Shown here piece by piece: positions 1-12,182 of a DNA stretch of 64,000 nucleotides. The stretch covers positions 83,948,001-84,012,000 of the forward strand of contig JAGIQG010000002.1 of assembly GCA_024679065.1 (NCBI GenBank). The letters are read 5' to 3'. The position numbers were made by a program, and so were the translations under genes. The DNA is from Sphyrna mokarran (lineage: Eukaryota). The notes below the pieces were generated by a model. That model did no database searches. It saw only the letters and a program-made list of their open reading frames with translations, and was not told the DNA's origin. Every line of letters begins with the position of its first letter. Within the stretch, counting starts at the first letter, position 1.

Positions 1-624
1 ATATTACTCTGCACAGTGTTACACAGTTAAAAGATTTTTTTAGATTATGTAGTAATCCATCCCTTGCATTTTTGTTAGCAATATTGTTTCAGAAAAGCAA
101 TTGGCCATTTACAATTCAGAGAATTACCGAATCACAAAGTTGTTACGTTGCTGAAGAAAGTCATTGGCACTAGTTCTCCAAATAAGCATTATGACTTGGT
201 GCCATTCTCTAGCCTTTTTCACATACCTCAAATAAATTCACAGAGCTTAGCCTATCAAATTATGTGAATGAATTCTTTGATATATGTGATGAATCTGGGA
301 TCAAAAAAACGTTTCTCATTACACAGAATTACATATCGATAAAATGTTCCTAATACGGACCAAAGTAACAGGACTAAGTGTACATCTCCAGCAATATAAA
401 ATGTTTATCAGGTAGAAACTTGGATTATTCGGGATCATTTAAGTTTTCAGATAAACTGTAGAAATAAAAAAACTCCTTTGTTGCTGTTTGTGCTTAAAAG
501 GTTAACTTCATATCCGAGAAATCTGCCATTGCTTGAACATTCAAAATGTATAACATTAAGATGTCAGCAGTATATACTCATATATCACTACATGGAGCTG
601 CCACTTGCTGTATGGAATAAACAA

Positions 625-1130
625 AAAGCACTTATATGCATATAGTGCTTTCCATAACCTCAAGATGTCCAAGGCAATGTATTGTCAATTAAGTATTTTT
701 GAGGTATAGTTACTGTTGTAATGTAAGAAATACAGTAGCAAATTTCTGCACAATGTGGTACCACAAACAGCAATGTGACAATGACCAGATAATTTGTTTC
801 GGTGATGTTGGCCAGATCACTAGGGAGAATTTCCCTGCTCTTCTTCAAAACAATGCTTCACTTTAGCTGAAAAGTCGACAGATGAGCATAGGCTGCTCCT
901 CACGTTGAGGGGGAGAGCTGATTGGTGGGGATTAAATCTGAGGGTCCTTGAGGGGCAAGGTTAAGAAGCCAGTACCTTCAAAAATAACCTCAGTTGATAT
1001 CAGAATTGAACTTAGCATTCCATCACAAACCAACTGTCCAGCCAACTGAGTTAACCACTTCTCCTGCCTCACTTTAACAGCTCATCCAGAAGACCTCAGG
1101 CAGTGTAACATTCCCTTAGTATGACACTAA
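625..1130 (-). mobile_element. Degenerate SacSINE1/Deu-domain-type SINE with a second tRNA-SINE nested at ~880-1060
   Basis: Matches the recalled Deu-SINE body (gttactgttgtaatgtaagaaa...ccacaaacagcaatgtgacaatgaccagataat...ccctgctcttcttcaaa). The insert has a tRNA-like head on the minus strand (GTGGTTAACTCAGTTGG...AGTTCAATTC). Confidence 0.65.
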
Positions 1131-1337
1131 AATTAGAAAATTTAACATCTTGAAATAAACTTATAACCAAAATCTTCAAGTTTTTACCAAATGAACTCTG
1201 CAATATACCTAAAGAAACAATTCAAAAATAACAGTAAAGAGATGTTAATGCTAACCATAACTAATCATCACCACATAACTTTTGCTAGGACTTCTTGAGC
1301 CTTGAACCTTAAAACATAACTTCATAAGGCTGTTTTT

Positions 1338-1655
1338 CATAGAAGCATAGAATACTTATAGTGCATAAGGAGGCCATTCAGCCCATTGAGTCTGCACCAC
1401 CTCTCTGACAAAGCGTCTTACCCAGCCTCACTACTCCTCTGACCAATACATTCTTTGGATATTACTGAGCAATTTAGCATAGCCAATGCAATTAACTTGC
1501 ACTTCTTTGGACTATGGAAGGAAACAAGAGCACCCAGAGGAAGCCCATGCAGAGAAGGGGAGAATGTGCAAACTCCAGACAGAATAACCCAAGGCTGGAA
1601 TTGAACCCAAGTCCTTGGGAACTCTGAGACCGCAAAGCTAACCACTGTGCGACCA
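1338..1655 (-). mobile_element. HE1-like tRNA-derived SINE (V-core, CR1/HER1-type tail)
   Basis: Minus strand: GCACAGTGGTTAGC A box, GGGTTCAATTCC B box, central TTTGCACATTCTCCCC...GGTTTCC core, tail GAATGGCCTCCTT...TTCTATG. Confidence 0.85.
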
Positions 1656-2429
1656 TAACATCCTAATAGTGCTAGAGAAATTGATGAATCACATGTGTAG
1701 CATATTATGCTACTCCATTTATTGGGCAGAAGTTTATTTTAAGCTGATTTAATGTGGGCTCATTAGTAGTGCACTGTTTTTGTATCATTTGAAAACATCA
1801 AACAAGAAAAGGTCAACTTATCTCTCCAGCCTGTCTCAGAAAGTTTTGATTCCATATGCATCATGTCAAGAAAATCTTTTTTCTTGGTTTGGTACTGGCA
1901 CCTCATGTGAAATAATCTCCATGTTAACAAGGAACTGGTCCAACTCTCTCTTTAAGGTAAACTGTAAATTTGAACTCAGCAACCATGCCAGTAACTTATT
2001 CCAACAATCCAGTTAAATCTGGCATTCCCATCATTAATTTGACTACGTACATTTTTATTGTCAATACTCGCAAAGGACACTGAGTCAATATATTACAAGC
2101 TTGTAAAACAATTATACTTACAAAATGGAACAATTTTGCAATGAAATAATGCATTAAGCAATGTATTTGTAAGACCCAATTTCCTGATGGGTAGGACCAA
2201 ATAATGGGAAAAATGTTAAAATATCATTCAGTCTATCAACTTATTTCAATTAATTTGTCATAAAATCATTGCATCATTTGTCTCTAAAGTACTTAGATTC
2301 TGAAAAATTCCAAATATCTCATCTATTAAAACAAATGTTCATAAGAGATATTGCTGTTTTTTGTTTATCTTTAGATAGATGTAATGTACTGAAGCAATTA
2401 AGTAAATTGTGTAGAAGCAAATCACTGCT

Positions 2430-2567
2430 TCACATGTGGTGCACCTACACCTTGTGTTCAGCAGCAGTTTGAGAAAGCAGTTCATCATTTTCTCAAGAGC
2501 AATTAGGGATAGGCAATAAATGTTGGCTTAGCTAGCAACACTTTTATCCCATGAATGATTTAAAAAA
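2430..2567 (+). mobile_element. 3' tail of a CR1/L2-group LINE
   Basis: gcaattagggataggcaataaatgttggc...atcccatgaatgatttaaaaaa; the same tail occurs at 59810-59878 and 60130-60170. Confidence 0.6.
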
Positions 2568-3374
2568 CCATGTTTGTAACATAGTCAGGATGATAATGGT
2601 TCATGCTTCTTTACCCCTCCTAATTTGATCTTATTTGGTCCAATGCAAGTGTCTCCATTCTCAACAACAAAAAGGTCGGAAAACAACTTTTTAGATTAAA
2701 TCCTTCTGGTAGACTCCCAGCCATGCAATTTTGTGAAAGAGGCTACTTGATAAGTACAATAACATATTCTATTGAGAATAAGAAAATTAAATAGCATTAT
2801 GATGTTAAATATTAAACAATTCAGGTTTCACCAAAGTTGTGGATGGAATTTTAGTTATCTATTGATTTTCCAATTTGTACCACAAGCGTAAAACTCATTT
2901 AGGCAGGATGTGTGTTCAATATTCATGTCAGGCATGCTTTTCAGAAATGCTTGGCTACGATTCTAATAATACATATAGTACTAATTTTCCAACAAACTTG
3001 TTAAAATATTACCTGTTTCCTTCAATAACTCACAGACATTTTGAAAGTGTTTTGTTCTTTTACAGAGCGTTACTTGGGAAGTTTATATGTATTCATTGAA
3101 TGGAATTTTAAATATAACATTTAAGACCAAGATCTGCATTTCACTTCAAAATATAGCCTCTGCAAACATTGGCTGTAACATCCTTCATATCAGTGAAAAT
3201 GAAAAATGGTGCTAATGGCAGGATTGATTTCAATTTAGCAATGTCAACATTTCAGTGCAAAAAGTGTAATTGATTTTCAATTAATAATTAGTTATTTTTC
3301 CAAATATTCTTTAGTCCCTATTTATTTTGCTTAAACTGTTTCAAAATTGCAGACAATACTTTTCTCTTTTTCCC

Positions 3375-4500
3375 TTTTCACAGAATCACAAGATAATTAT
3401 GGTCATGGAAAACGATTTAGCCCATCTTAATTCAGCAATCCAGAAAGACCCTAAAGTCATACAATTGTAACTTCTTAAATTATTCCAATTTTTTTTGCTT
3501 CCAATTCATCATTTCTTTCATGAAAATTAACTTGCTTGTATCAGTAGTGAATTTGCCTTCACTAATTTAAACCAACAGCCATGACATTGGCCTTCAGTGC
3601 TAGCACAAAACGGGTAATAACAAATTAACAGCCTGTTTTCCATAAAGCCACTGTAAAAAAAATTGCATTGGGGGTAAATGGGCTGTTGATTCATCATCAC
3701 CTGTTCTGCACCATTGTTGAAGTCTCCTTGACCTACCCTCACAGTATAATTTAAAGTAATTTTCCAGATTTAACTTGTCCACTCCCATAAAGATCCATAC
3801 ATCACCATAGGAAAACCTCTCAAATTCTACCTTTTCAGGCTGAAAAGAAAATGTTTATCTGGCCTAACATGTTCACTCTGGGAATCAGTGCTGTTGCTTT
3901 TCTGTTCACTGACTCCAATTCTAGGATGTCTTCATTGTGTCTTGGTAATCAGAATCGGACATGGCACTCAAGATATGGTCTGATCAGACAACTTATAATT
4001 TGATCATAACTTACTCTGATTAGTTTTCTCCTATTTTGGTTATTTAGTCTAACATTTTATTGGCTTTGTTATGCAAGTGTATCATTTATGAAATTCATCT
4101 GTCACATTTTTTTCTTCCAATGTGCAACATTGTACAAATGTCTGTGTTAAATTTGATCTGTCATCATCCCACTTATCTACATATTTTGCTCAGCTGTAAT
4201 TTTTAGACTCCTTTTTCCATTTCTCCTTCTTTAGTGTAATCTGTAAATTTGGCCAGTGAGGGTTAGCTTTTCAAAATTAAATCATTGACGGAAACTAAAA
4301 ATAGATGTGGTCCCAAGATCATTCAATGATTCCATCCTATCTTCAATAAGTACCAAGTTTTTCTACTCTTTAGACAATTTCTTACTCAGTCATAAGGTGT
4401 ACTTCAAATTCTCACAACTTAATGCTTAACTAACAGGATTTTTGTGTTCGACCCTTGTCAAATGCTTTTGGAATTATGGGCATATTGCATCATAGCACAC
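3375..4500 (-). mobile_element. Old, heavily degenerate CR1-type LINE fragment
   Basis: Remnant RT-region motifs on the minus strand (ccttgtcaaatgcttttgg; tggcactcaagatatggtct) and a CR1-like 3' end. No ORF remains. Confidence 0.5.
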
Positions 4501-4719
4501 ATTATTAAAAGAGCAGTTCTTCAGTTACAGTTGAGATATTAGTATTTCTTATTACTCCATTTCCCTTGAAAACAAAGGGATATAGAAAAATCGAGCTATC
4601 CAACATTTTCTTGTGAAGAATACTCAATTAAACATCTATAGTGGTCTTCGTGTAGGGTACTTATTCTTTACTTTTCATTTTTTTTAATCATTTCAAAGAA
4701 TCAGTTAGAAGTACTTCGT

Positions 4720-4905
4720 AAAAATTGACAGGAAATTTTGAAAGGATGCAGCAGGCCTACTAACACATCAGGAAAAAACAAAAAATTAAATTTCAGGTCA
4801 TATTTGGACTGATATGACATTTTCTTTCACAGATGCTCACAGACGTGTTGTATACTTCAATGTTTTTTTCGCTCTTATTTTAGATTTCCAGTACCTGTAA
4901 TTTTT
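4720..4905. mobile_element. Degenerate inverted-repeat Penelope-like terminus
   Basis: cacagatgctcacagacgtgttgtatacttcaatg...ttttattttagatttccagtacctgta resembles the 32055-32125 element, with a weak inverted copy upstream. Confidence 0.4.
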
Positions 4906-6589
4906 TTTTAAAATCTCAACAGAATACATATGGTTTTGTCATTTGTGACAGGATTTCAGAGAAAAAATGTATAAAACACTTAGAATGAATATACATATTG
5001 ATTAAATATATAAACTACATAGGACTGAAACAATTCAAATCACTTTGTCTTAATGAAAGACATTGTTCCATAGATATTTAGATTTTTTTTGGCTTGCTAC
5101 ACAAAATTTCTATGTTTATTTGCTTTTATTTTTATTGAAAAATATGTTTAGTATTTTATTTTAATTGCAATTGTGTATGCAAACTACTGTAAAGTATTAT
5201 CTATATTCTTATGATTCGTAGATGCAAAACAAGCAGAAATGAGCAAAAGATAGTAACGACGCAAAAACATTTTAACTATGGTTTAAAAAAAACATTCTGG
5301 ATCAGTCAAAAACTCCAAAACAGAAACAATGGATTAACACCGTCAAAGAAAAACTTACCGCCAAGCAATTTGATTTGAGATGCTTAGCACAGTATATCCA
5401 TTAATTAACAATTTATTCTTGACTTTATAAGATTCGAAATCTAGAGAGCAGGATTATTGGAAAAAAGCTGTTCTATATATCATTGATATAATCCTAAAAT
5501 ACATAAAGCTACTAATAATTAACGTAATAGCATTTTAAACATTTGTCTTAATTTCGCTTCTTTGCTGTTTTTCCTGGGTATCGTAAATGCATTTATTTTG
5601 GTCAGATTGTATTCGTGCCTTAATGGTGCAAGGCATAGTTTCAGAACCGAATTTATGAAGTACATTTTAGTTGTCAAAAATAATGATAAGTACCGGATTC
5701 CACATTAGGCATAACATCAGTGCAGTAACCCAAAAATAAGACGGTTTTAAATCTGCTCCTTATACATATCCCGTGAGCGTTTGATACTTGGTACCAGCTG
5801 TTTCATTTTGACATTAGCAGACTTCACGTCCTTGTCTGCAATCACATAACATTAAAACCAGTTTCCCCCCGGAAGCAATGATCTGTGCGTGTGTCCCAAA
5901 ACCGGTGCAGTTTCAGCTGTACAGGTGAATGCATTCCGAAGTGTTGTCTGATCAGCAAACTCCCGAGTCGTCCAACTGTGCGCAGCACACCATAGGCATC
6001 GGTTTGAAATCAGTAGGAGCAAAATGACTACAGTTTAAAATAAACTGACAACAGTGTAAAATGGTCATTTTAAATAGCTTGTATGTGTACTTACAGCAAG
6101 TTACAATAACAAATAAATCTGCTATCATTGCAATATAAAGATTGTTATACAGTAGCAAATAATAAATACCATTACAAAACCATGGGAGGGTAAGTGAGCC
6201 AGCCCGCGTGGATCACTGTATTACTACAATCTTTCAGTACACCTGCATATCAAACATGTCTGGCAACAATCTAAATTACTCCAATATGTAACAAGAACTT
6301 TTTAAAAAAATTTATAAATATCATTTAAAAAAAACTTCAGTAAGTGAATCTTGCCATAGTGCTTGTACTTTTATTCAAGGAATGCAGTTGTGCGAACTTT
6401 TACAATAATATTAACTACAATCCTCTGAAACAGAAGGCCTGGGGAAACGATCGAAATGCGAGTACCTGCACTGTGGTGTTAAAACTGATTTTTGATGTAC
6501 CCAAAAACACAATTTAAAAGCTACAATAATATTTCCAGAACAAAGGATTTTTGTTTGTTAAAAGAAAGTTTCTACAATTCAGGCCAAAA

Positions 6590-6752
6590 CGTTGTGTGAT
6601 TTTGAGAAGGGATTAGACATTGCTCTTGGGGCTAAAGAGATCAAGAGATTATGGGGAGAAGGCGGGATGGAGGATTGAATTCGATGATGAACCACGATCA
6701 GAATGAATGGTGGAGCAGACTCCAAGGGCCTACTCCTGCTTCTATTTTCTTT
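6590..6752 (+). mobile_element. CR1/HER1 LINE 3' end fragment
   Basis: gatcaagagattatggggagaaggcggga...gaatggtggagcagactccaagggcctactcctgcttctattt is a typical shark CR1 3'UTR. Confidence 0.75.
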
Positions 6753-9700
6753 GTAAACACCGACAAACGATGCAGAACTTCCACAATGTCAATTAAAGCA
6801 CGCTATCACAGCACAACGGGAGGACAAGGTAGTTGGATCTGGCACACACAGGTGCACACATATCAATGCCACCCTGGGACGTGTGCTGTAGCGTTGTAGT
6901 AGATCCGCGAGGTGACGCTGTCCAGCCAGGGTACAGGGACCTAAGCATGACTGTGCACAAAGCTGTCAGATACACCTTAAGCGGTTTTAACACAGAATGT
7001 TTTTTTTTCGTCCTCTCTCTTAAAACAAGCCATGCACAAGGTTCAAGTTATCGGTGGCGCTACAAAAGAATCGAGAAACTGAAAATATTGAACCTTCCGA
7101 AAAAAGAAATCCAATGAACGAGAATGTCAGGATTTCCAACCTGAATTTGCACATCCGAATAAGCATAATTTCTGGTACCTTTATTTGAATTTTAAAACAT
7201 TAAACTTGTTCATTTGTCCCAAGACGTCCGTGCCCGGACTCAATGCACATGTTGCTCCAGCTTTGCGTAAGTTATTTCTCTATAAATCGCTGCGGTTCTT
7301 TGTATGTTTCTGGTGCCCTAATAAACGCTTAATAGCACGAAAGCTTTATCTGGAGCGGTTTATAGTCTGCTGGGACTGATTGCTGAAATGACTGAAAATG
7401 GTTTCAAACCATTTGCGTTTCAACTAAATTGGACCATTATAAATAATTAGTGCAGATCAGTTTGATGCATTTACTGAAAGGAGACGTAAATTTCCATTGT
7501 TTTGCTTCCAAGTATCCACTTTAATTTCGGGGGAGATGTTTTTTGATGATGCTAATGTTCGGGCCGGAAGCACTGAACTGGAAATTCGGATCATGCAAGT
7601 ATCTGCCATATGCTATAGAGTAAGACTATCTATATATACATATTATTGTTTCAACGTAACCTCAAACTCTGCAAAAGCTGATTCTGTATATAGGAACGCT
7701 TTCAGTCGAATTAAGTTTTCCAACGAGTTCTATTTTAACTGCAAATACCAAACTAATAGAAAGGATACTTGTTCAAGTTTAACAACCAGAAGAAAAAAAA
7801 CATAATGGCGTTACTCTATGTTCCAGATATTAAGTTATTGATTTCAACATCATTACCTCTTAACTTAGGAAATCTGGTAATCGTTGCAGCGGAACTTTGC
7901 CCTGAAAACTTTGAGCAGGAAAATGCGCGCGTTCGGAAGTTTGACCTTGATATTGATAACCGCCCCCCATCCTCTTCAAAAAAAACCTGAATTGCTATCT
8001 GCGTTTTATTGTCTACCAAGCACAATACGCACGAATTTCTTTACAAACTTATTGGGCTTTTGAATAGAAGGCCTATTTGTATTGTATTTGCTGAAATGTG
8101 CTGGGCCATTGGATTGTAATCATTTACCAAAATTGTGCCGCAGTCCGTTTACTTCCCATTCCAACATACACAACCCCAATTCTGGGACTTCAAAACCAGA
8201 AACAACGGCTGTCCCAAACGTTTAAAGAAAAGCATGGCTAATTCAGAAATGCTCCCGTTGTCCATCAGCTTTCAGATTTTAAAAATGAAACTACCTAAAG
8301 TAAGATTCAGCGATATTAATAACATACAAGAACTCCATCACATCCCGACCCTGCTCCCGTTACCGTGTTCATTCCCTTTGAGATAGTGTTGCCTCCATCA
8401 CCACCCGTACAACTATTCTGAGTCTTTTACAGTGAATAAATAACTTCCAGAACAACAACAATTCCCTTCCACCCCCGAACCTCGCTCAGTATAAAGCAGC
8501 TTTAGAATTTTCCTAATGATCTGTCAGTAGTCTTAGCCAAAGGTGGAAGCTCTGTCAAAGGCGATTGTAGAAAACAGTTCGTTTGACACGTCGCTCAGAC
8601 TACGTCGTTTAAACTAATATTCCAGTAAAAAGAAATCCTGGGGTCTGAAGCTCCGCGGTCACATTAGAGCTTTAAATCTATATTACGGCTGCTGTGTAAA
8701 GTAATTTTCATCACAGGACGATTTCAAAGTGCTTGCATTAAGTGACCTCTCGAGAAGAAAGGCTGTAAATTGTCCACTAGTCGGGAGTTTACCTGTTGAT
8801 GGACAACAGGTTGACCCAAAGGGGCAGCAATGATCTCGGTTTTGCCTTGATCTGTGAGCTGTGATCTGCAACCTTTGGTCTCAAATCAGATAAGAAACCG
8901 TTTACTTTCTACTGCCTCTGTAGCCTTCTCTATACACACCTTGTATTACGATATAATGAGCTTTGAATTCGGCTGAGCGTGTGCCGTGGAAGAAAACATA
9001 GCTTTTTTCCGCGATTGCAAATAATCCTCATCAAAAATAGTCGCAAGAACATGATTTTAAAACGAGGAGGTTGCTTTAAAAAAGACATTTGAAAAAATCA
9101 ACAGTGAAAATGTGCTGAACGTGCTACGGTCAGGCAGAAATGAAACCCACCAGGAAACATATTCCAATGGGAAAGTAGGACAATAATTCTAGACACCACA
9201 AAAATTGTCAAACAGGCAAAACTATTTGGAAAGCGCCCTGACCTTTGACTGGTTCACAGTGGGACTCTGAGGTGGAAACAAAAGACAAAATAGTGAAATA
9301 GATATATTTCATTGTTATCTGAATTCTTATTGCAATGATCCTAATGCAGAAATGTAAACGAGAAAGAATCTTATGGCTGCAGCAGACTGTGTTTGAGTCC
9401 TAACTCACATTGTGGCCCTGGATAGTGCAACTACACGACCAGAAAAAAAATACATCAGTGACAACAGTAATCGATATAAACTGGCTCGAGATTATAAGTT
9501 TAATATGAGATCTTCCTGCAAATTTCCTTAATTTATCGTGACATGAAATGTATGCAATTGTAACTAAGTCTCTATAGGCCAAATCCCATCGCTGCTAGTT
9601 AATTGGTAATTACTAAGGCAGCAGCTTTATCTAAACGGCACAATGAGTATTGTATTGGCTGGGATAGCTCCTTGAGTCTTTTACAACTAGAGTTAACGAT

Positions 9701-10439
9701 ATTCAAATAACTTCTCTGGACCGTTTCAGTCAAAACCCAGACCTTTGAAATGCTCCGCACATATACATAGGGGGCTTTTAAAATTAGCAGAACCTCTTTG
9801 ATATCAATGGTTGACGGTTGAAATGCAGTCTAGTTACTTGAGATAGCTCTTAGGATGTTTAACATACAAGTACCTCCTGTTAAGGCACACAATGCCTAGA
9901 GCAAATGAAAAGGAGATGACTGTTTATAAAGTAAGTCAAACCTTCACCCCCTCCCCCTCCCCAAAAAATGGAATGTCAATAAGTATTCTCTCTCTCTCTC
10001 TCTCATTGTTACCATTTAACTCGAAGAGGAGACAATATTCGGAGTTTTTTTTTTCGAGAGGTCAACTAAATCGCAGCATATAATTTATAGACAATAAATA
10101 TTCAACATTATTTTTGTTTTATTATGGCAGCAATTTCCCGTTGAAAGTGTGTTTTATTCTGTCAATCCATATTCCAAGACTAATTGGAGATGCACTTTGC
10201 AATAGCATCCCACTTAGATTGCAAGAATTCGTGCAGAATTTAGGTCGTTTCATTTTATGCATTTCTTTGCAATTGCACATTACGAACTTGTAAAATAGAG
10301 GGGTACAGCAATGATCAAGAGAGACAAAAGTGGACCTGAAGAGACAAATGGATTTTTCCAAAAGCTTTTTCCCGTCTTAAAATAAAACATTAAATTATCT
10401 ATTTTTATAAAATTATACCTAAAATAGCGTTGACCGTTG

Positions 10440-12182
10440 AAGTTTGCTGTACATATATTATTTTATTTTGGTACACACATTTCATATACAATTAATTCCA
10501 TGTCTGTGCCGAGATACAAAGAAAATGTATTAAATACAACCGAGGGACAGCTTCTCTCCAATGGAGAGAACTTCACACTTCAAAAGTGCACAGAAGACGA
10601 TAGAGTTCAAAAACTATAGTACTCGTCGCGTCTTTCCAGTTGTCTATAACGCTGCGTTACTCGAATAGGTGCACCTCATTGTAGTTTTACAAGTTTGTTA
10701 TCATAAAGTGGTCTGTTTAAAGATCATATACTATATTTCCAGTTTATAAGAAAGTTTAAATACTTTTCTATTTAAAAAAAAACAAATACACGTAGACAAC
10801 AGGTCAGATCTACTCCAGGATTTATTCTATAATTTGGGGTCTGCTGCAAACCCACTTGTTACGAAATAAATGCGGATTGTGCCTTGAAACTATCTGACTG
10901 CCAGTATATGCAAATAAGTAGATACATGCTTCATTAAATAAAATAAAAAGCCATTCAACATTTACCAAACATCCCCTTGCTTCATTCTATAAGTTTTTTT
11001 TTCACAATTCCAAAAAATAAAAAGAAAACAAGTAAAGTTCTCGAAGTGCGCACTGGATACACCTCAAGATCTATTAAGTTCGGAAAATCCAATGAATTCC
11101 TCAGCGACATGTCACTGTAACTTTCTTGACAACAACCGAAAGAAAAGCCCCCTTAAATTTACCCTTATATATGTTCAAATATTTTTTTCAGAAGAATTTA
11201 CAGGAAAATACTATACAAATCGTCTCCTGGACAAATAATGTCTCGCACCTACATACTGGTGGAGTAATTATTTAATAATTAACTATTGTTAATCATGACC
11301 CCAGTTTTACAAAGCCTTGCAGATATTTTACAAAGTTGGTCTCCTTCTCATTCTCACTCTACACAGCGCCGTCCACCGTGTTTAAAATCAATTCGTCACT
11401 TTATTATTGTTGGACAACGAAAAGAATAAGTACCTTAATATACATGTTGAAATACTTGTCGAAGGATTTACAGGCGAAAAATACTATACATACAAATCGT
11501 CTCCTGCCTAAGCAGAATTTGCACTGGTAGCTACAAGTGATGCAACTTCTTTCAGGTATAGTTAAGGACAAAAAAAAGAGGGGAAACCGAATCGTCTTGT
11601 GAATCTGCTCCTATTGTGCGTTTTATCGTGTTGAAGGTATGTGAGATTAGACAGCTTTCTTTGCCTGCATTCAGAGTGGATTCGCTGAGATTATTTTTAT
11701 AAAAAGAAACCAAACGAATTACCGATTTTGCAGAGACGGGAAGGCACACTGCATTTTGTGTGTGTGTTGAACTCGACGAAAGGGTTTGTAATCCAGCCGA
11801 TTGAAAATAAAATTGAAAAGGGTTAAAAAAAACTGACGAAATACTCCTCTAAACTGGATTGCAACGGGTAGAAAGGTTGGCTCACAGTTTGGTGAGAGTG
11901 AATTGGAATGACAAGAAAAAGCTATTTCTACCTGAAGGGACGCATCAGCCAATTTCAGGTGGAATTTAAGTAAGTTCGATTCTTTTTTTGTCCTCAACTA
12001 TCTAGTCTATCCTAGCAAAGCGGGTGCGTTTTCTGTTGATTTTTTTTCTCTCTCTCTTGATAAAGCTCCCCCTTTTTTTTTAGTTTCTTTACTTACACGT
12101 AAAATCTCTCTTTAAAGTTTGAACAATACTTTTTTTTTGCTCTTGGTGCCGCCTGCTGAAAGCGTCTCCTTCTTTCTCTCCT
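10440..12182 (-). other. sp8: Probable Sp8 3'UTR (~1.7 kb)
   Basis: AU-rich, repeat-free sequence after the stop, with many UGUA motifs. AATAAA on the minus strand at 10467-10462. The 3' end is inferred, not proven. Confidence 0.55.
10462..10467 (-). terminator. Candidate polyadenylation signal AATAAA for Sp8
   Basis: Plus strand tttatt. On the transcript strand there are upstream UGUA motifs and U-rich sequence downstream. Confidence 0.45.
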
